Source of the DNA: Candidatus Krumholzibacteriia bacterium
Lineage (GTDB): Bacteria; Krumholzibacteriota; Krumholzibacteriia; LZORAL124-64-63
Reading direction: 5' to 3'
NCBI GenBank assembly: GCA_046484865.1
Contig: JAWOID010000027.1
Coordinates: forward strand, 1-61,101
DNA: 61,101 nt
Part shown: positions 47,057 through 56,236 of the stretch, piece by piece
How positions within the stretch are numbered: the stretch's first letter is position 1
Layout: each line of letters starts with the position of its first letter
Notes under the pieces: generated by a model
What the model saw: the letters and a program-made list of their open reading frames with translations, nothing else
What the model was told of the DNA's origin: nothing
Databases searched by the model: none
Made by a program: the position numbers and the translations under genes

Positions 47057-48742
47057 CTAGCTCTGCCCGGGCGCGCACAGGCAGGAACTGCTCGGCCGCT
47101 CCTCCACCCGCCTCCAGGCACGATCGAGCTGCGTGGCGAACTCGGTCGCTTCCTGCCGGCGTCCCTGCGCCGCGAGCGCCTGCTGGAGCCCCAGCAGGGA
47201 CCACCCGTTGCCCGGATGCTCGATCTGGTCCTGCCGGTAGAGCTCCTCGGCTCGCCGGTACTCGCCCGCTTCCATGAGCAGCGCCCCCATCGAATGGCGC
47301 ACCGGGATCATCCAGCCCGGCGGCTCGTCGTACACCAGGCGGTCCTCGGCGGCGATCGCCGCCTCGAGCGCGGCCCAGGCGTCCTCGAGGCGCCCCTCGC
47401 GGTAGGCCAGTTCCCCCTCGAGCATGAGCCGGCCGATCGGCAGCACGTCGTGGGCCTTGTTCGAGAACACCCACCAGTCCTCGGGAACCTGCTCCACCTG
47501 CTTCTCGAACCGGGCCACCTCCCGGTGCGCCTCCTCGGTCCGCCCGAGCGCGGACAGCGCGATGCCGCGGCCGTAGTGGTGGATCGCCAGCATCATCGGC
47601 CGTTTCTCGGGTGGCGCTTCCTCGCGCAGGATGTCTTCCCACTTCCCGAACCGGATCATCACGTGATAGGTGGTCGGAATGATGCCCTCGATGAGGAACG
47701 CCACCTCGTCGAGCATCTGCTCCGGGACCGCCACCTCCAGGCGGCGTGCGGCGGCGAGGGCAGGTTCGTAGCGTGCCTCCATCATCGCCGCGAAGGCGAG
47801 GAAGTGCAGGTTGTGGGCGTGGTACGCGTAGTAGAAGCCGGGCTCGGTGCCCAGCTCGAAGTAGGCGTCATCGGCCGCCACCGCCACCTCGTTGGCAGTC
47901 ACGGCGTCAGCGTAGCGTCCCACCCGCGCATAGATGTGGCCCGGCATGTGGACGAGGTGGCCGGCGGCCGGGACGCGATCGCGCAGCATGTCGGCCGCCG
48001 CCTCGGCGCTGGCCGGGTCGGGACCGGCTTCCACGGCGTGGATGTAGAAGTGGGCCGCCTGGGGATGGGTCGGATCGTTGGCCAGGGCCCGCTCGAGCAC
48101 CGCGATGAACTCCGCGTTCCGGCCCTTCGGTTCGAGATCCTCGGTCCAGTAGTCCCACGGCTGCAGGTTCATCAGAGACTCGGTGTACTGCACGGCGACG
48201 AAGGGTTCGTCGCCGAACCGCGCGTAGACCGATTCCATGGCCTCGGCGAACGCCTCGTCGTAGGGCCGCTGCTCGGCAGGCGCCGGCCAGGCGGTGCGGG
48301 ATGCCGCGGCGTGTACGACGGCCCTCTCCAGCTCGGTCTCGTCGTCGAGCAGGGAGATCGCCCGCTCGGCGGCGTCCCGGCCGGTCTGCCACTGCTCCGC
48401 GGTCACTTCGGGCGCGTTGATGTGCATCCCGCTCGCGTAGGCGATGCCCCACCAGGGCATGGCGGCCTCGGGGTCGTGAGCGGCAGCCTCCCGGAAGTAG
48501 CGGATGGCCTCGCCGTGGTTGAAGCCGTAGAGCAGCAGGAGCCCCTGGTTGAACCACGCCTGGGCCTCCGGCGAGTCGGTGGTGATCGGGAACTCGTAGG
48601 TGTCGAGCCCGGGCTGCAGCGCTTGCGCCGCGGCCACGTCGAAGAGAGGCAGTCCGGCCGCCAGCGCCAGCGCGATGGCGATCGCGCGCGCGCCCGACGT
48701 CCTGCGTCCGGTCCACATCCGACCGGTTGAACTCGTCTGCAT
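47057..48742 (-). CDS. Exported TPR-like alpha-helical protein with His-rich motifs
   Basis: Signal peptide; 'AQAWFNQGL..YGFNH.EA', 'HFYIHAVE', 'GHLVHMPGHIY', 'HAHNLHF', 'YDEPP.W'. Confidence 0.8.
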   Translation of the reverse strand: MQTSSTGRMWTGRRTSGARAIAIALALAAGLPLFDVAAAQALQPGLDTYEFPITTDSPEAQAWFNQGLLLLYGFNHGEAIRYFREAAAHDPEAAMPWWGIAYASGMHINAPEVTAEQWQTGRDAAERAISLLDDETELERAVVHAAASRTAWPAPAEQRPYDEAFAEAMESVYARFGDEPFVAVQYTESLMNLQPWDYWTEDLEPKGRNAEFIAVLERALANDPTHPQAAHFYIHAVEAGPDPASAEAAADMLRDRVPAAGHLVHMPGHIYARVGRYADAVTANEVAVAADDAYFELGTEPGFYYAYHAHNLHFLAFAAMMEARYEPALAAARRLEVAVPEQMLDEVAFLIEGIIPTTYHVMIRFGKWEDILREEAPPEKRPMMLAIHHYGRGIALSALGRTEEAHREVARFEKQVEQVPEDWWVFSNKAHDVLPIGRLMLEGELAYREGRLEDAWAALEAAIAAEDRLVYDEPPGWMIPVRHSMGALLMEAGEYRRAEELYRQDQIEHPGNGWSLLGLQQALAAQGRRQEATEFATQLDRAWRRVEERPSSSCLCAPGQS

Positions 48743-48975
48743 GTTCGATTCCTTTCATGGCCGCCCCACCGCCGAACGGCGGGCGCGGCGACGGATAAAG
48801 GATACAACTGGTTCGGTATACGAGAGGGCGAGGCGACGGTCAAGGTGGGGGTTCGCCCGATATCACGGCCGGCCGGCAGCAGCGCCCGGCGCGAATCGTT
48901 GCTAGCGTGACAGTTGCAAGCGGTCGGGCGATCCGATCCCCGGCCCGAGTGCGAGACCCGGAAGAGGAGGCTGCA

Positions 48976-49728
48976 ATGCATGTCCGAGATCGAGTTCTGA
49001 CGGCGATGTTGCTGGCGGCGGCGCTGCTGGTGGTCGGCTGCGGCGACGGCGAGACGGAGCGGACCGAGGGCGAGATGACCCCCGCCGATCGACCGGCCGA
49101 CCAGACCGGCGCGACCGGCCAGACCGGCACAGCCGGCCAGACCGGCGGCCGCACCGTCGAGCCCGGAATCTATCGCGCCGATCTCGCTGCGCTCAATGCC
49201 GAGGCGATCGGGTTCGCGCCTCGGGGCACTGCGACCCTCACCGTCAGCGGCGATTCCCTGATGATCGAGATCGAGATGCAGGACACCCCTCCGGGCATCA
49301 TGCACCTGCAGCACATTCACGGTTTCACCGGCGCCGGCGATGCCACCTGCGCGGAGGCGGCCCAGGATGTTAACGGCGACGGCATCGTCGACCTGGTCGA
49401 GACCGAAGCCGTCTCGGGCACGACGTTGATCCCGTTCCACGCCGATCCGGCGGACTTGCGGATCGCCGCGGACAGCTATCCGGTGGCCGACGCCGACGGC
49501 CGCTACCGCTACCGCCAGCAGGTGGCGCTACCGCAGCTCCAGTCGGCGCTCCAGGAGCAGCTAAAGGTCGCTTCCCTGTCCCTGCAGGATCGGGTGATCT
49601 ACGTCCACGGCGTGCCGGCGGAAACCCGACTGCCCGCGACGGTGCAGTCGCTCCCGGACGTACCGGCACACGTGACGCTGCCGATCGCCTGCGGCGAACT
49701 GACGCGGGTGCAGGAAAGGGTGCAATAG
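48976..49728 (+). CDS. Lipoprotein with Cu/Zn-SOD-like or CHRD-like His motifs
   Basis: GAGGAGG RBS; lipobox 'VVGC'; QTG repeats; 'HLQHIHG...C', 'DVNGDG', 'VIYVHG', 'PIACG'. Confidence 0.7.
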   Translation: MHVRDRVLTAMLLAAALLVVGCGDGETERTEGEMTPADRPADQTGATGQTGTAGQTGGRTVEPGIYRADLAALNAEAIGFAPRGTATLTVSGDSLMIEIEMQDTPPGIMHLQHIHGFTGAGDATCAEAAQDVNGDGIVDLVETEAVSGTTLIPFHADPADLRIAADSYPVADADGRYRYRQQVALPQLQSALQEQLKVASLSLQDRVIYVHGVPAETRLPATVQSLPDVPAHVTLPIACGELTRVQERVQ

Positions 49729-49758
49729 CGCGAGCGGTCGGCCTGGCCGCCGTCTCCG

Positions 49759-51003
49759 CTAGCTCGGCACCGCATCGAAGATCCATGGATCGAGCCCCGG
49801 CTCGAGATAGAAGCGGGGCAGCAGGAGGTCGTCGTCTGCGTCGATCATGCCCGCTTGCCGGGCGTAGCGGGCCAGGGCGGTCCCCGGATAGATGCGGATG
49901 CCGGTGGTGATCCGCATGGCCTCCAGGTGCAGCGACGCGACGAAGTCGAGGCTGCGGCACACGGTGTCCCGCGTCTCGCCCGGCCCGCCCAGCAGCAGGA
50001 ATCCGTGCCGCTCGACCCCGTGCTCGGCCAGCAGCGAGGCGGCGGCACGGACCTCCGCCGGATCGAAGCGCTTGTTCAGCCGGCGCAGGATGCCGGCGTC
50101 GCCGCTCTCGAAACCGAGGGACACCTCGCGGCACCCGGCCTCGGCGAGCGCGGACGCCAGGCGGGAGGTGATGCCCCTGGGGTACAGGATGCAGCGCCAG
50201 GCGATGTCCAGCCTGCGGGCGGTCAACTCGTGACACATCGCCAGCGCATACGCCTCGGGCAGGTTGAACGAGTTGTCAACGAACCAGAAGCGCCGGAACC
50301 CCTGGACCGCCAGGCGCTCCACCAGGTCCACCACCGCGCGCACCGGACCGGTACGGATCGGCCGCCCCTGGATGGACGCGGTGGAGCAGTAGGAGCAGTC
50401 GTTCGGGCAGCCGCGCCGGGTCTGGATCGGGATGAAGACCTCCGGACCGCCGATGCGCGCCGCCTGCCACGTCTCGGGTGCGGGCTCGCCCAGACCGGCC
50501 AGGTGCGGGCACGGTCGCCATCGCGCCGCCGCACCGCGGCCGGCGACATGCACGCCGGGCAGCCCGAAGGGGTCCTCCCCCCGTTCGAGCCTCGCCAGCA
50601 ACGCCGGCAGCGCCGCCTCGCCATCACCGCACACGCCCAGGTCGGCGCCCAGATACGCGAGCGCCGCATCGGGAAAGATGCTGTAACCGGCACCGCCGAG
50701 GATCAGGGGCGCGGCGCAGGCCTCGCGGCAGGCCGCCACCACGGGCCGTGTCGCGGCCAGCAGGAACTGCGGCTCGCGCAGGCTCTGATCGTCGATGTTG
50801 CGGATCGAGAGACCGATCGCCTCCGGTTCGAAGGCGGCGATGCGGCTGCGGATCGTCGCCTCGGGATCGGCCTCGAACATGAGATCGACGAACTCGACCT
50901 CGTGCCGCGCCCGGCGCACGGCCTCCGCCACCAGACCGAGCCCCAGCGGCACGGTGGGCATGGTGATCTTCTCGGTGTTGGCGGAGACGAGCAGGACGCG
51001 CAC
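49759..51003 (-). CDS. B12-binding radical SAM enzyme
   Basis: 'PLGL', 'GLSIRNID', 'LGGAGYS', 'GDGE'; 'RGCPNDCSYC' (CxxxCxxC); 'GFESG'. Start taken at the GTG of 'VRVLLVSAN'. Confidence 0.88.
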   Translation of the reverse strand: MRVLLVSANTEKITMPTVPLGLGLVAEAVRRARHEVEFVDLMFEADPEATIRSRIAAFEPEAIGLSIRNIDDQSLREPQFLLAATRPVVAACREACAAPLILGGAGYSIFPDAALAYLGADLGVCGDGEAALPALLARLERGEDPFGLPGVHVAGRGAAARWRPCPHLAGLGEPAPETWQAARIGGPEVFIPIQTRRGCPNDCSYCSTASIQGRPIRTGPVRAVVDLVERLAVQGFRRFWFVDNSFNLPEAYALAMCHELTARRLDIAWRCILYPRGITSRLASALAEAGCREVSLGFESGDAGILRRLNKRFDPAEVRAAASLLAEHGVERHGFLLLGGPGETRDTVCRSLDFVASLHLEAMRITTGIRIYPGTALARYARQAGMIDADDDLLLPRFYLEPGLDPWIFDAVPS

Positions 51004-51152
51004 GAGGAGCCCCTTCGGATGCTGCCTGCCGTCGAGGATAGCATGGTTCGGCGATTCATGGCGAGCCGCGACGGCATTGCGCGCGACGGCATTGCCGGGC
51101 GTCAGCGGATCTGGTGCGCCGGGATCGTCGAGAGCCGTCGCCGGCGCGACGG

Positions 51153-51605
51153 TCACGCACCGCGACGGATGGCCTGGATCATCTCGTCGAGCTGCTGCAG
51201 GAACAGCGACCGGTCCTGCTTCCTGAACGGGGGCGGCCCGCCCATCATGATGCCCTGGTCCCGCAGCTGCGACAGCAGTTGCCGCGTGGCCAGCGACTCG
51301 CCCACGTTCTCGCGGGTGAACGGCTTCCCCTTGTGCCCGAGCACCCGCGCCCCCTTGTCGAGACAGCGGGCGGCGAGCGGGATGTCGCCGGTGATCACGA
51401 TGTCGTCCCGCTCCACCCGCTCGACGATCCAGTCGTCCGCCTCGTCGAGCCCGCGGTCCACGACGGCGAGAGCGACCCAGCCGCCGCCCGGGTACCGCAT
51501 GTCGCTGTTGGCGACCAGGGTCACCGTCAGGCCGTAGCGGCGGGCCACCTTGTAGACCTCGTCCTTCACCGGGCAAGCGTCGGCATCGACGTAGATGTGG
51601 AGCAT
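51153..51605 (-). CDS. YaiI/YqxD (DUF188) family protein
   Basis: 'IYVDADACPVK', 'ADDWI', 'ITGDIPLA', 'GGPPPF...DRS.F'. Confidence 0.92.
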   Translation of the reverse strand: MLHIYVDADACPVKDEVYKVARRYGLTVTLVANSDMRYPGGGWVALAVVDRGLDEADDWIVERVERDDIVITGDIPLAARCLDKGARVLGHKGKPFTRENVGESLATRQLLSQLRDQGIMMGGPPPFRKQDRSLFLQQLDEMIQAIRRGA

Positions 51606-51701
51606 GGTCCCGGTCCTCGGCTTCGCCTGGTGCAGGTTCGTTCGTCAGCGCCCTCAAGATAGTGCGCAGGGCGACCGGAGACGAATCGTCCGCATTCACC
51701 A

Positions 51702-51731
51702 TTGACTTGTTCAAGTCTTCGACTCTATAAT
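51702..51731 (+). promoter_or_regulatory. Sigma-70 promoter with an overlapping inverted repeat
   Basis: TTGACT-N18-TATAAT; GACTTG-TT-CAAGTC palindrome at 51704-51717. Confidence 0.65.
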
Positions 51732-51830
51732 CAGACCCTCCGGGGACCCGTTTCGCCCCCGATCGCGGCGGTGCGGACGGTCCCGGTCGCGGCCTGGGAC
51801 GCTCATCTTGCGCGGCAACTGGAGGCCCTC

Positions 51831-53609
51831 ATGTCTCGACCCTCCCGTTCGTTCTATTGCTACCTGCACACCACCGACGCCGACGTGGCGCGGAAGGCAG
51901 GCACGCTCGGTCTGCACGAACTCGACGTCGACGAGGTCCCCGGCGCTCGCACCATGTTCCTCTCCTCGATCGCGTCCGCGGAGCCGGTCTATTGCTCGGT
52001 GATCAACGACCTCGCCGACTGGACGCTGCCGAGCTTCCGCTCGCCGCTCGCCGGGCGCCCGCTCGCGAACGCCGACTCGGGCTCCCTGATCAGCTGTGCG
52101 CGGGTCGAGGCCGGAAGCTTCGGTTGCTGCACCGACTACTGGGGCCTGCGGACGCACTACTGGCACCAGTCGGCGGGGACGTTCGCCTGCAGCAACAATC
52201 TCTTCCTGCTCGCCCATCTGATCGACGCGTCGCTGGACGAGGCCGGCGTCGACGAGATCCTGTTCTTCCTGACGACCATGGGAAGCAGGACGGCCTTCGC
52301 CGGGATCGATCGCCTCCAGGCTGGACAGCATCTGCGTTTCGATGTCGGCACGGCGAACCTCGAGCTGTCCGTACCGGGATCGCCGGGACGCGATCTCCTC
52401 GAGACGCCGGCGGAGCAGGCGGACTACGTGACGTCGTTCCTGGACTTCTTCGAGCAGGCGGCGGGTGTCATGGGCAACCGCACCGCGGCCGTCTGCGCCT
52501 CCGCGGGTACGGACAGCAACACGGTCATCGCGTGTCTTCGCCGGGCTGGTTGCGGCATCGCCACCTTCAGCTTCGGTCAGCCGCATTACTACGAGTCACG
52601 CTGGACGCGGGCGCACAGCGCCAGGCTCGGCATACCGTTCACGCTCGTGCCCCTGCCGTCGGCTGACGAATGGCAAGCGACCGTCCGTGACACCACCTTC
52701 TGGTCGAACGGGTTGATCAACCCCTACCGTATCCACTATCAGAAGCTGTACGACACCATCTCCGAGGAGTACGCCGTTTTCGAGGGCACGCTGGGCAGCC
52801 AGTTCGTCAAGGGCGACCTGCCGATCGGCAGCACGATCTCCGATTGCCATGCTCACGCGCTGCGGAACGGGGGATCGCCCGGTCCCGCGATCGAGCACCA
52901 CCTGGGCGCCTTGCCGCGGGAGATCAGGGAGCGGATCGCCGCGACCGTGGCCCGGGATCACGGGGCCTGCTTCGTCGACATCTCGAGCGAGGAGGGTGGC
53001 CAGGCATTGCGCTCGTTCGCTCTGACGACCTTGCCGCAGAACATGTTCGCCGGGCCGTTGCTCCTGGCGGCGGACGGTCACCAGCTCTACCTGCCCTACC
53101 TGGACCGCCACTTCCTGAGTTCTCTGCTCCACAGCGGCGCACCCGGTTTCGCCAGGCAGACCGCCCTCCAGGGTCCCATCGAGCTGGCGGTGAAGATGAG
53201 GACCCAGGCCGCCATCGTCGCCAGGGCCGACCCCTGGATCGAGCGGCGGGTGCTCGGACATGGGATCAGCTTCCGCGAAGCCCGCACGTTGCCCACCAGC
53301 TGGTGCCGGGGCCTCCGCTGGGCACGCCGGCAGTATCGTCGCCGCTGGCGGCACCGGGACGCGTTCTTCAGCCAGATCGACAACAGCACCGCCACCGCTG
53401 CGGTCACGGCGGCGCTGGCGGAGACCCCGGCGCCCTGGGGGCGCTGGGAGGTCGAGAACGCGTCGCCGCGCCTGCGGATGTCCGCAGCCAACCTGCTCTT
53501 GATGGAGCGGATCCGGGCCGACCTGAACGACGGCTGGCGCCCCTGGTCGGAGAGTCTCGCCGTCTCGGAAAGCTCGGCCGGTCGACCGCTCAGCGGTAGA
53601 GCTTCTTGA
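51831..53609 (+). CDS. Divergent asparagine-synthetase-like protein
   Basis: GGAGG RBS; 'TDYWGLRTHYW' (compare D..G.KPLYY); 'T.FAGIDRLQAG'; PP-loop-like 'SAGTDS'; 'PYLD'. Confidence 0.65.
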   Translation: MSRPSRSFYCYLHTTDADVARKAGTLGLHELDVDEVPGARTMFLSSIASAEPVYCSVINDLADWTLPSFRSPLAGRPLANADSGSLISCARVEAGSFGCCTDYWGLRTHYWHQSAGTFACSNNLFLLAHLIDASLDEAGVDEILFFLTTMGSRTAFAGIDRLQAGQHLRFDVGTANLELSVPGSPGRDLLETPAEQADYVTSFLDFFEQAAGVMGNRTAAVCASAGTDSNTVIACLRRAGCGIATFSFGQPHYYESRWTRAHSARLGIPFTLVPLPSADEWQATVRDTTFWSNGLINPYRIHYQKLYDTISEEYAVFEGTLGSQFVKGDLPIGSTISDCHAHALRNGGSPGPAIEHHLGALPREIRERIAATVARDHGACFVDISSEEGGQALRSFALTTLPQNMFAGPLLLAADGHQLYLPYLDRHFLSSLLHSGAPGFARQTALQGPIELAVKMRTQAAIVARADPWIERRVLGHGISFREARTLPTSWCRGLRWARRQYRRRWRHRDAFFSQIDNSTATAAVTAALAETPAPWGRWEVENASPRLRMSAANLLLMERIRADLNDGWRPWSESLAVSESSAGRPLSGRAS

Positions 53610-54567
53610 CCGCCCCCCACTCGATGGCTCGGGTCGCCACGATACCGGGCGACTCCGGAGAGCAGCAGCTCTGGAGACCGTCATCGTCGGTCACGCAGAG
53701 TTCCACGAAGTAGACGCCGTCCGCGGCGTACGTGTGCTCGGGTGACATCTCGGTCGACGTCTGGCCGTCGCCGAAGTCCCAGTGGTAGGCCACGATCTCG
53801 CCGTCCGGATCGTACGATCCGCTGCCGTCGAACGCGACCGGCAGTCCCGCGTCGCCGGAATAGGGTCCGCCGAGATCGCAGACCGGCGGCGTCTGCAAAA
53901 CCAGCGACGTCTCGATGCGGAACGTCGACTGCGAGGTGTGCCGCTCGGCGAAGAAGAGGTCGAACGAGTAGCTGTTGCCGGGCACGATCTGGAGCTCGGC
54001 GGCCATGGCGTCGAGGTCCACCGATCCGGTCTGCGCCGCGTGTACCCCCCCCAGATCGATCGCGAGCCGGCCGTTGAGGAAGACCCACAGGTCGTCATCG
54101 CCGGTGAAGGTGAACTCCTCGCCTCCGTTGTAAGCGAACTCCGCGTGGATCTCGTAGGTGAAGTGGTAATTGTGGGCTCGTCCCTGGTTGCCGAGGAGCT
54201 GGCCGTCGACGGGGAAGAAGGCCTGGTTGTCGTAGCCCACCTCGTTCGGCTCGCCCGTGGGAGTGAGCGTGATGGAGTGGATCATCGACATGTTCACGCC
54301 CGGCGTGTCGCGATACCACTGGTCGAACGCCTCCTGCCCGTGCGTGGTCGGATTGTCGGCCTGGCCCGCGTAGACCGGCAGGCCGTCTGCGCCGAGGAGC
54401 GGGAGAACGATGCCGCGATCGGTGGCCACGACGCTCTCGAAATCCGGGTGAGTGTCGTCGAAGTCACGGATCGTTCCCTGCAGGACGACCTCCTGTGCGA
54501 GTGAAACGCCGGCTACGAGGACGAGTCCGGCGGTCAGCAGGATCGACCACCTCTGCCGTGGATACAT
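53590..54567 (-). CDS. Exported fibro-slime (PA14-like) plus PKD domain protein
   Basis: Signal peptide; 'IRDF...HPDFE', 'FDQWY', 'FFPVD', 'HNYHFT', 'FTGDDDLWVF.NG.LAIDLGGVH', 'FFAERH'; PKD 'FDGSGSYDPDG...WDFGDG'. Confidence 0.9.
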   Translation of the reverse strand: MYPRQRWSILLTAGLVLVAGVSLAQEVVLQGTIRDFDDTHPDFESVVATDRGIVLPLLGADGLPVYAGQADNPTTHGQEAFDQWYRDTPGVNMSMIHSITLTPTGEPNEVGYDNQAFFPVDGQLLGNQGRAHNYHFTYEIHAEFAYNGGEEFTFTGDDDLWVFLNGRLAIDLGGVHAAQTGSVDLDAMAAELQIVPGNSYSFDLFFAERHTSQSTFRIETSLVLQTPPVCDLGGPYSGDAGLPVAFDGSGSYDPDGEIVAYHWDFGDGQTSTEMSPEHTYAADGVYFVELCVTDDDGLQSCCSPESPGIVATRAIEWGAVKKLYR

Positions 54568-54784
54568 GATGGCACCTCGCTTCCCCGAGAGAAGGAGCAG
54601 GCGAGCAGGCGACTCCTCGCGGAGTTCCCGCACGGATCGGGTCGGGACTGTTCATGACTGCAATTCTCGTGGCGCAAGCGTGGGCCCCCACCCACTGGCG
54701 ACAAGATAACGTCGCGGCCGCGTGCCTGGCCAGCGCGGCCGCATCGATTCGACGCACGCTGGAAACGACCCCGCAGACGGATAC

Positions 54785-54807
54785 TTGACAACTTGGCCAT
54801 ATTGTCA
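54785..54807 (+). promoter_or_regulatory. -35 box with an overlapping inverted repeat (putative operator)
   Basis: TTGACA at 54785; TGACAA-N10-TTGTCA at 54786-54807, about 50 bp upstream of the YeeE/YedE start. Confidence 0.55.
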
Positions 54808-54856
54808 CATAGGTCCGGGGATCCCGTGCTTCACCCCATCGACGGAGGTCGGCCCC

Positions 54857-56161
54857 GTGACCCCACGCGGAACCAGGACCCGGGCGATCGCGAGCCTGGC
54901 GTTGCTCATCCTGGCAGCACTGACGATCGCGGCGATCCTGTCGCAACGATGGGTCCTCACGGCCATCCCCATCGGCTTCCTGTTCGGCTTCTTCCTCCAG
55001 AAGGGCGACCTCTGCGGCTCCGCGGCCCTGAGCGAGGTGCTGGTCTTTCGTGACGGACGCAAGCTCTTCGGCATCTGGACCGCGGTGGTGGTCGCGATGC
55101 TGTTCTTCGCGCTGGGCGACGTCCTGGGCCTGGTGACCCTGAACCCGAAGCCCATGATGTGGCTGCTCTTCATCGGCGGCGGGCTGATCTTCGGCGCCGG
55201 GACGGTGCTGGCCGGCGGCTGCGTGAGCGGCTGCCTCTACAAGGGCGCCACCGGGAATCTCAACTCCATCGTCGCCCTGCTGGCGATGCCTGCGGGCATC
55301 GCGCTGGTGGAGTACGGTCCGCTGAAGCCGCTCTTCCAGGCAGCGAAGGCCCGGGCGATTGCCGGACCCGGCGGCGCGGCCCTCGACCTCCCCGGACTGA
55401 CGGGCCTGCCGTTCTGGGCTCTCGCCCTGGGCTTCGGGCTGATCACGCTCGCGGCCGTGTACCTCCGGCGGCATCGCGCTCGCGGCGCCGAGCCGACCCG
55501 GAGCGGCGGCGATCCTCTGCTCCGCAGGCTCGTCATTCAGCCCTGGAAGCCCTGGCAGGCGGGGCTCGCCATCGGCCTGCTGGCGCTGCCGGCCTACCTG
55601 TCATCGGCGGCGAGCGGCCGGAACTACCCGCTCGGCGTCACCCACGGCGTCCTGCAGGTCGACGTGCTGATCTCCGATTCGCGCATCGACCACGTCTACC
55701 AGACACCCGCGGCGGCTGCGCGCTCGAGGGTCGCCGCACCGCCCACGAGCACGGCCGGCCCGACGGTCGCGGCCGCGCCTGCCCAGCCGGGCAAGAAGGT
55801 GGTCTGGTGGCTGGTCCTGGTGGTGCTCGGGGTGTTAGGAGGGGCCCTGACGGCCGGCAAGCTGTCCGGACAGGCCCGCTTGCTGCCGAAACCGCCCGAC
55901 CAGGTGCTGGTCGCCATCCCCGGCGGTTTCCTGGTGGGGGCGGGCGCGGCTCTGGCCACCGGCTGCATCGTGGGCAACGTCATGTCCGGCTGGGCGCTGA
56001 TGAGCGTCGGCACGTTCCTGTTCGGTGCCGCCGTCCTGATCGGCAACTGGGTGACGACCTGGCTCTACCTGATGGGCGGGACCCTGGGCGGCCGCGGCCG
56101 CGGCCGGTCGGCCGATGCCGTGACCGCGGCCGTGCGCGTCACCGCCGGCAAGGATCGGTAG
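54857..56161 (+). CDS. YeeE/YedE family sulfur-compound (thiosulfate) transporter
   Basis: GGAGGT RBS; 'GFLFGFFLQKGDLC', 'GGLIFGAGTVLAGGCVSG', 'GAALATGCIVG'. Confidence 0.88.
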   Translation: MTPRGTRTRAIASLALLILAALTIAAILSQRWVLTAIPIGFLFGFFLQKGDLCGSAALSEVLVFRDGRKLFGIWTAVVVAMLFFALGDVLGLVTLNPKPMMWLLFIGGGLIFGAGTVLAGGCVSGCLYKGATGNLNSIVALLAMPAGIALVEYGPLKPLFQAAKARAIAGPGGAALDLPGLTGLPFWALALGFGLITLAAVYLRRHRARGAEPTRSGGDPLLRRLVIQPWKPWQAGLAIGLLALPAYLSSAASGRNYPLGVTHGVLQVDVLISDSRIDHVYQTPAAAARSRVAAPPTSTAGPTVAAAPAQPGKKVVWWLVLVVLGVLGGALTAGKLSGQARLLPKPPDQVLVAIPGGFLVGAGAALATGCIVGNVMSGWALMSVGTFLFGAAVLIGNWVTTWLYLMGGTLGGRGRGRSADAVTAAVRVTAGKDR

Positions 56162-56178
56162 CCGGCGTCCCTGAAAAC

Positions 56179-56213
56179 GCAGCGCCAGCCTCCCTGGCGG
56201 CGGCTGGCGCTGC
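56179..56213 (-). terminator. Rho-independent terminator between convergent genes
   Basis: 12-bp stem GCAGCGCCAGCC / GGCTGGCGCTGC, followed by GTTTT on the minus strand. Confidence 0.7.
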
Positions 56214-56236
56214 GGACACGATTTCGCTGGCGCGAC

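Noticed and set aside
48887..48903. Sigma-54-like motif upstream of the lipoprotein
   Set aside because: GG-to-GC spacing is 11 rather than the required 10.
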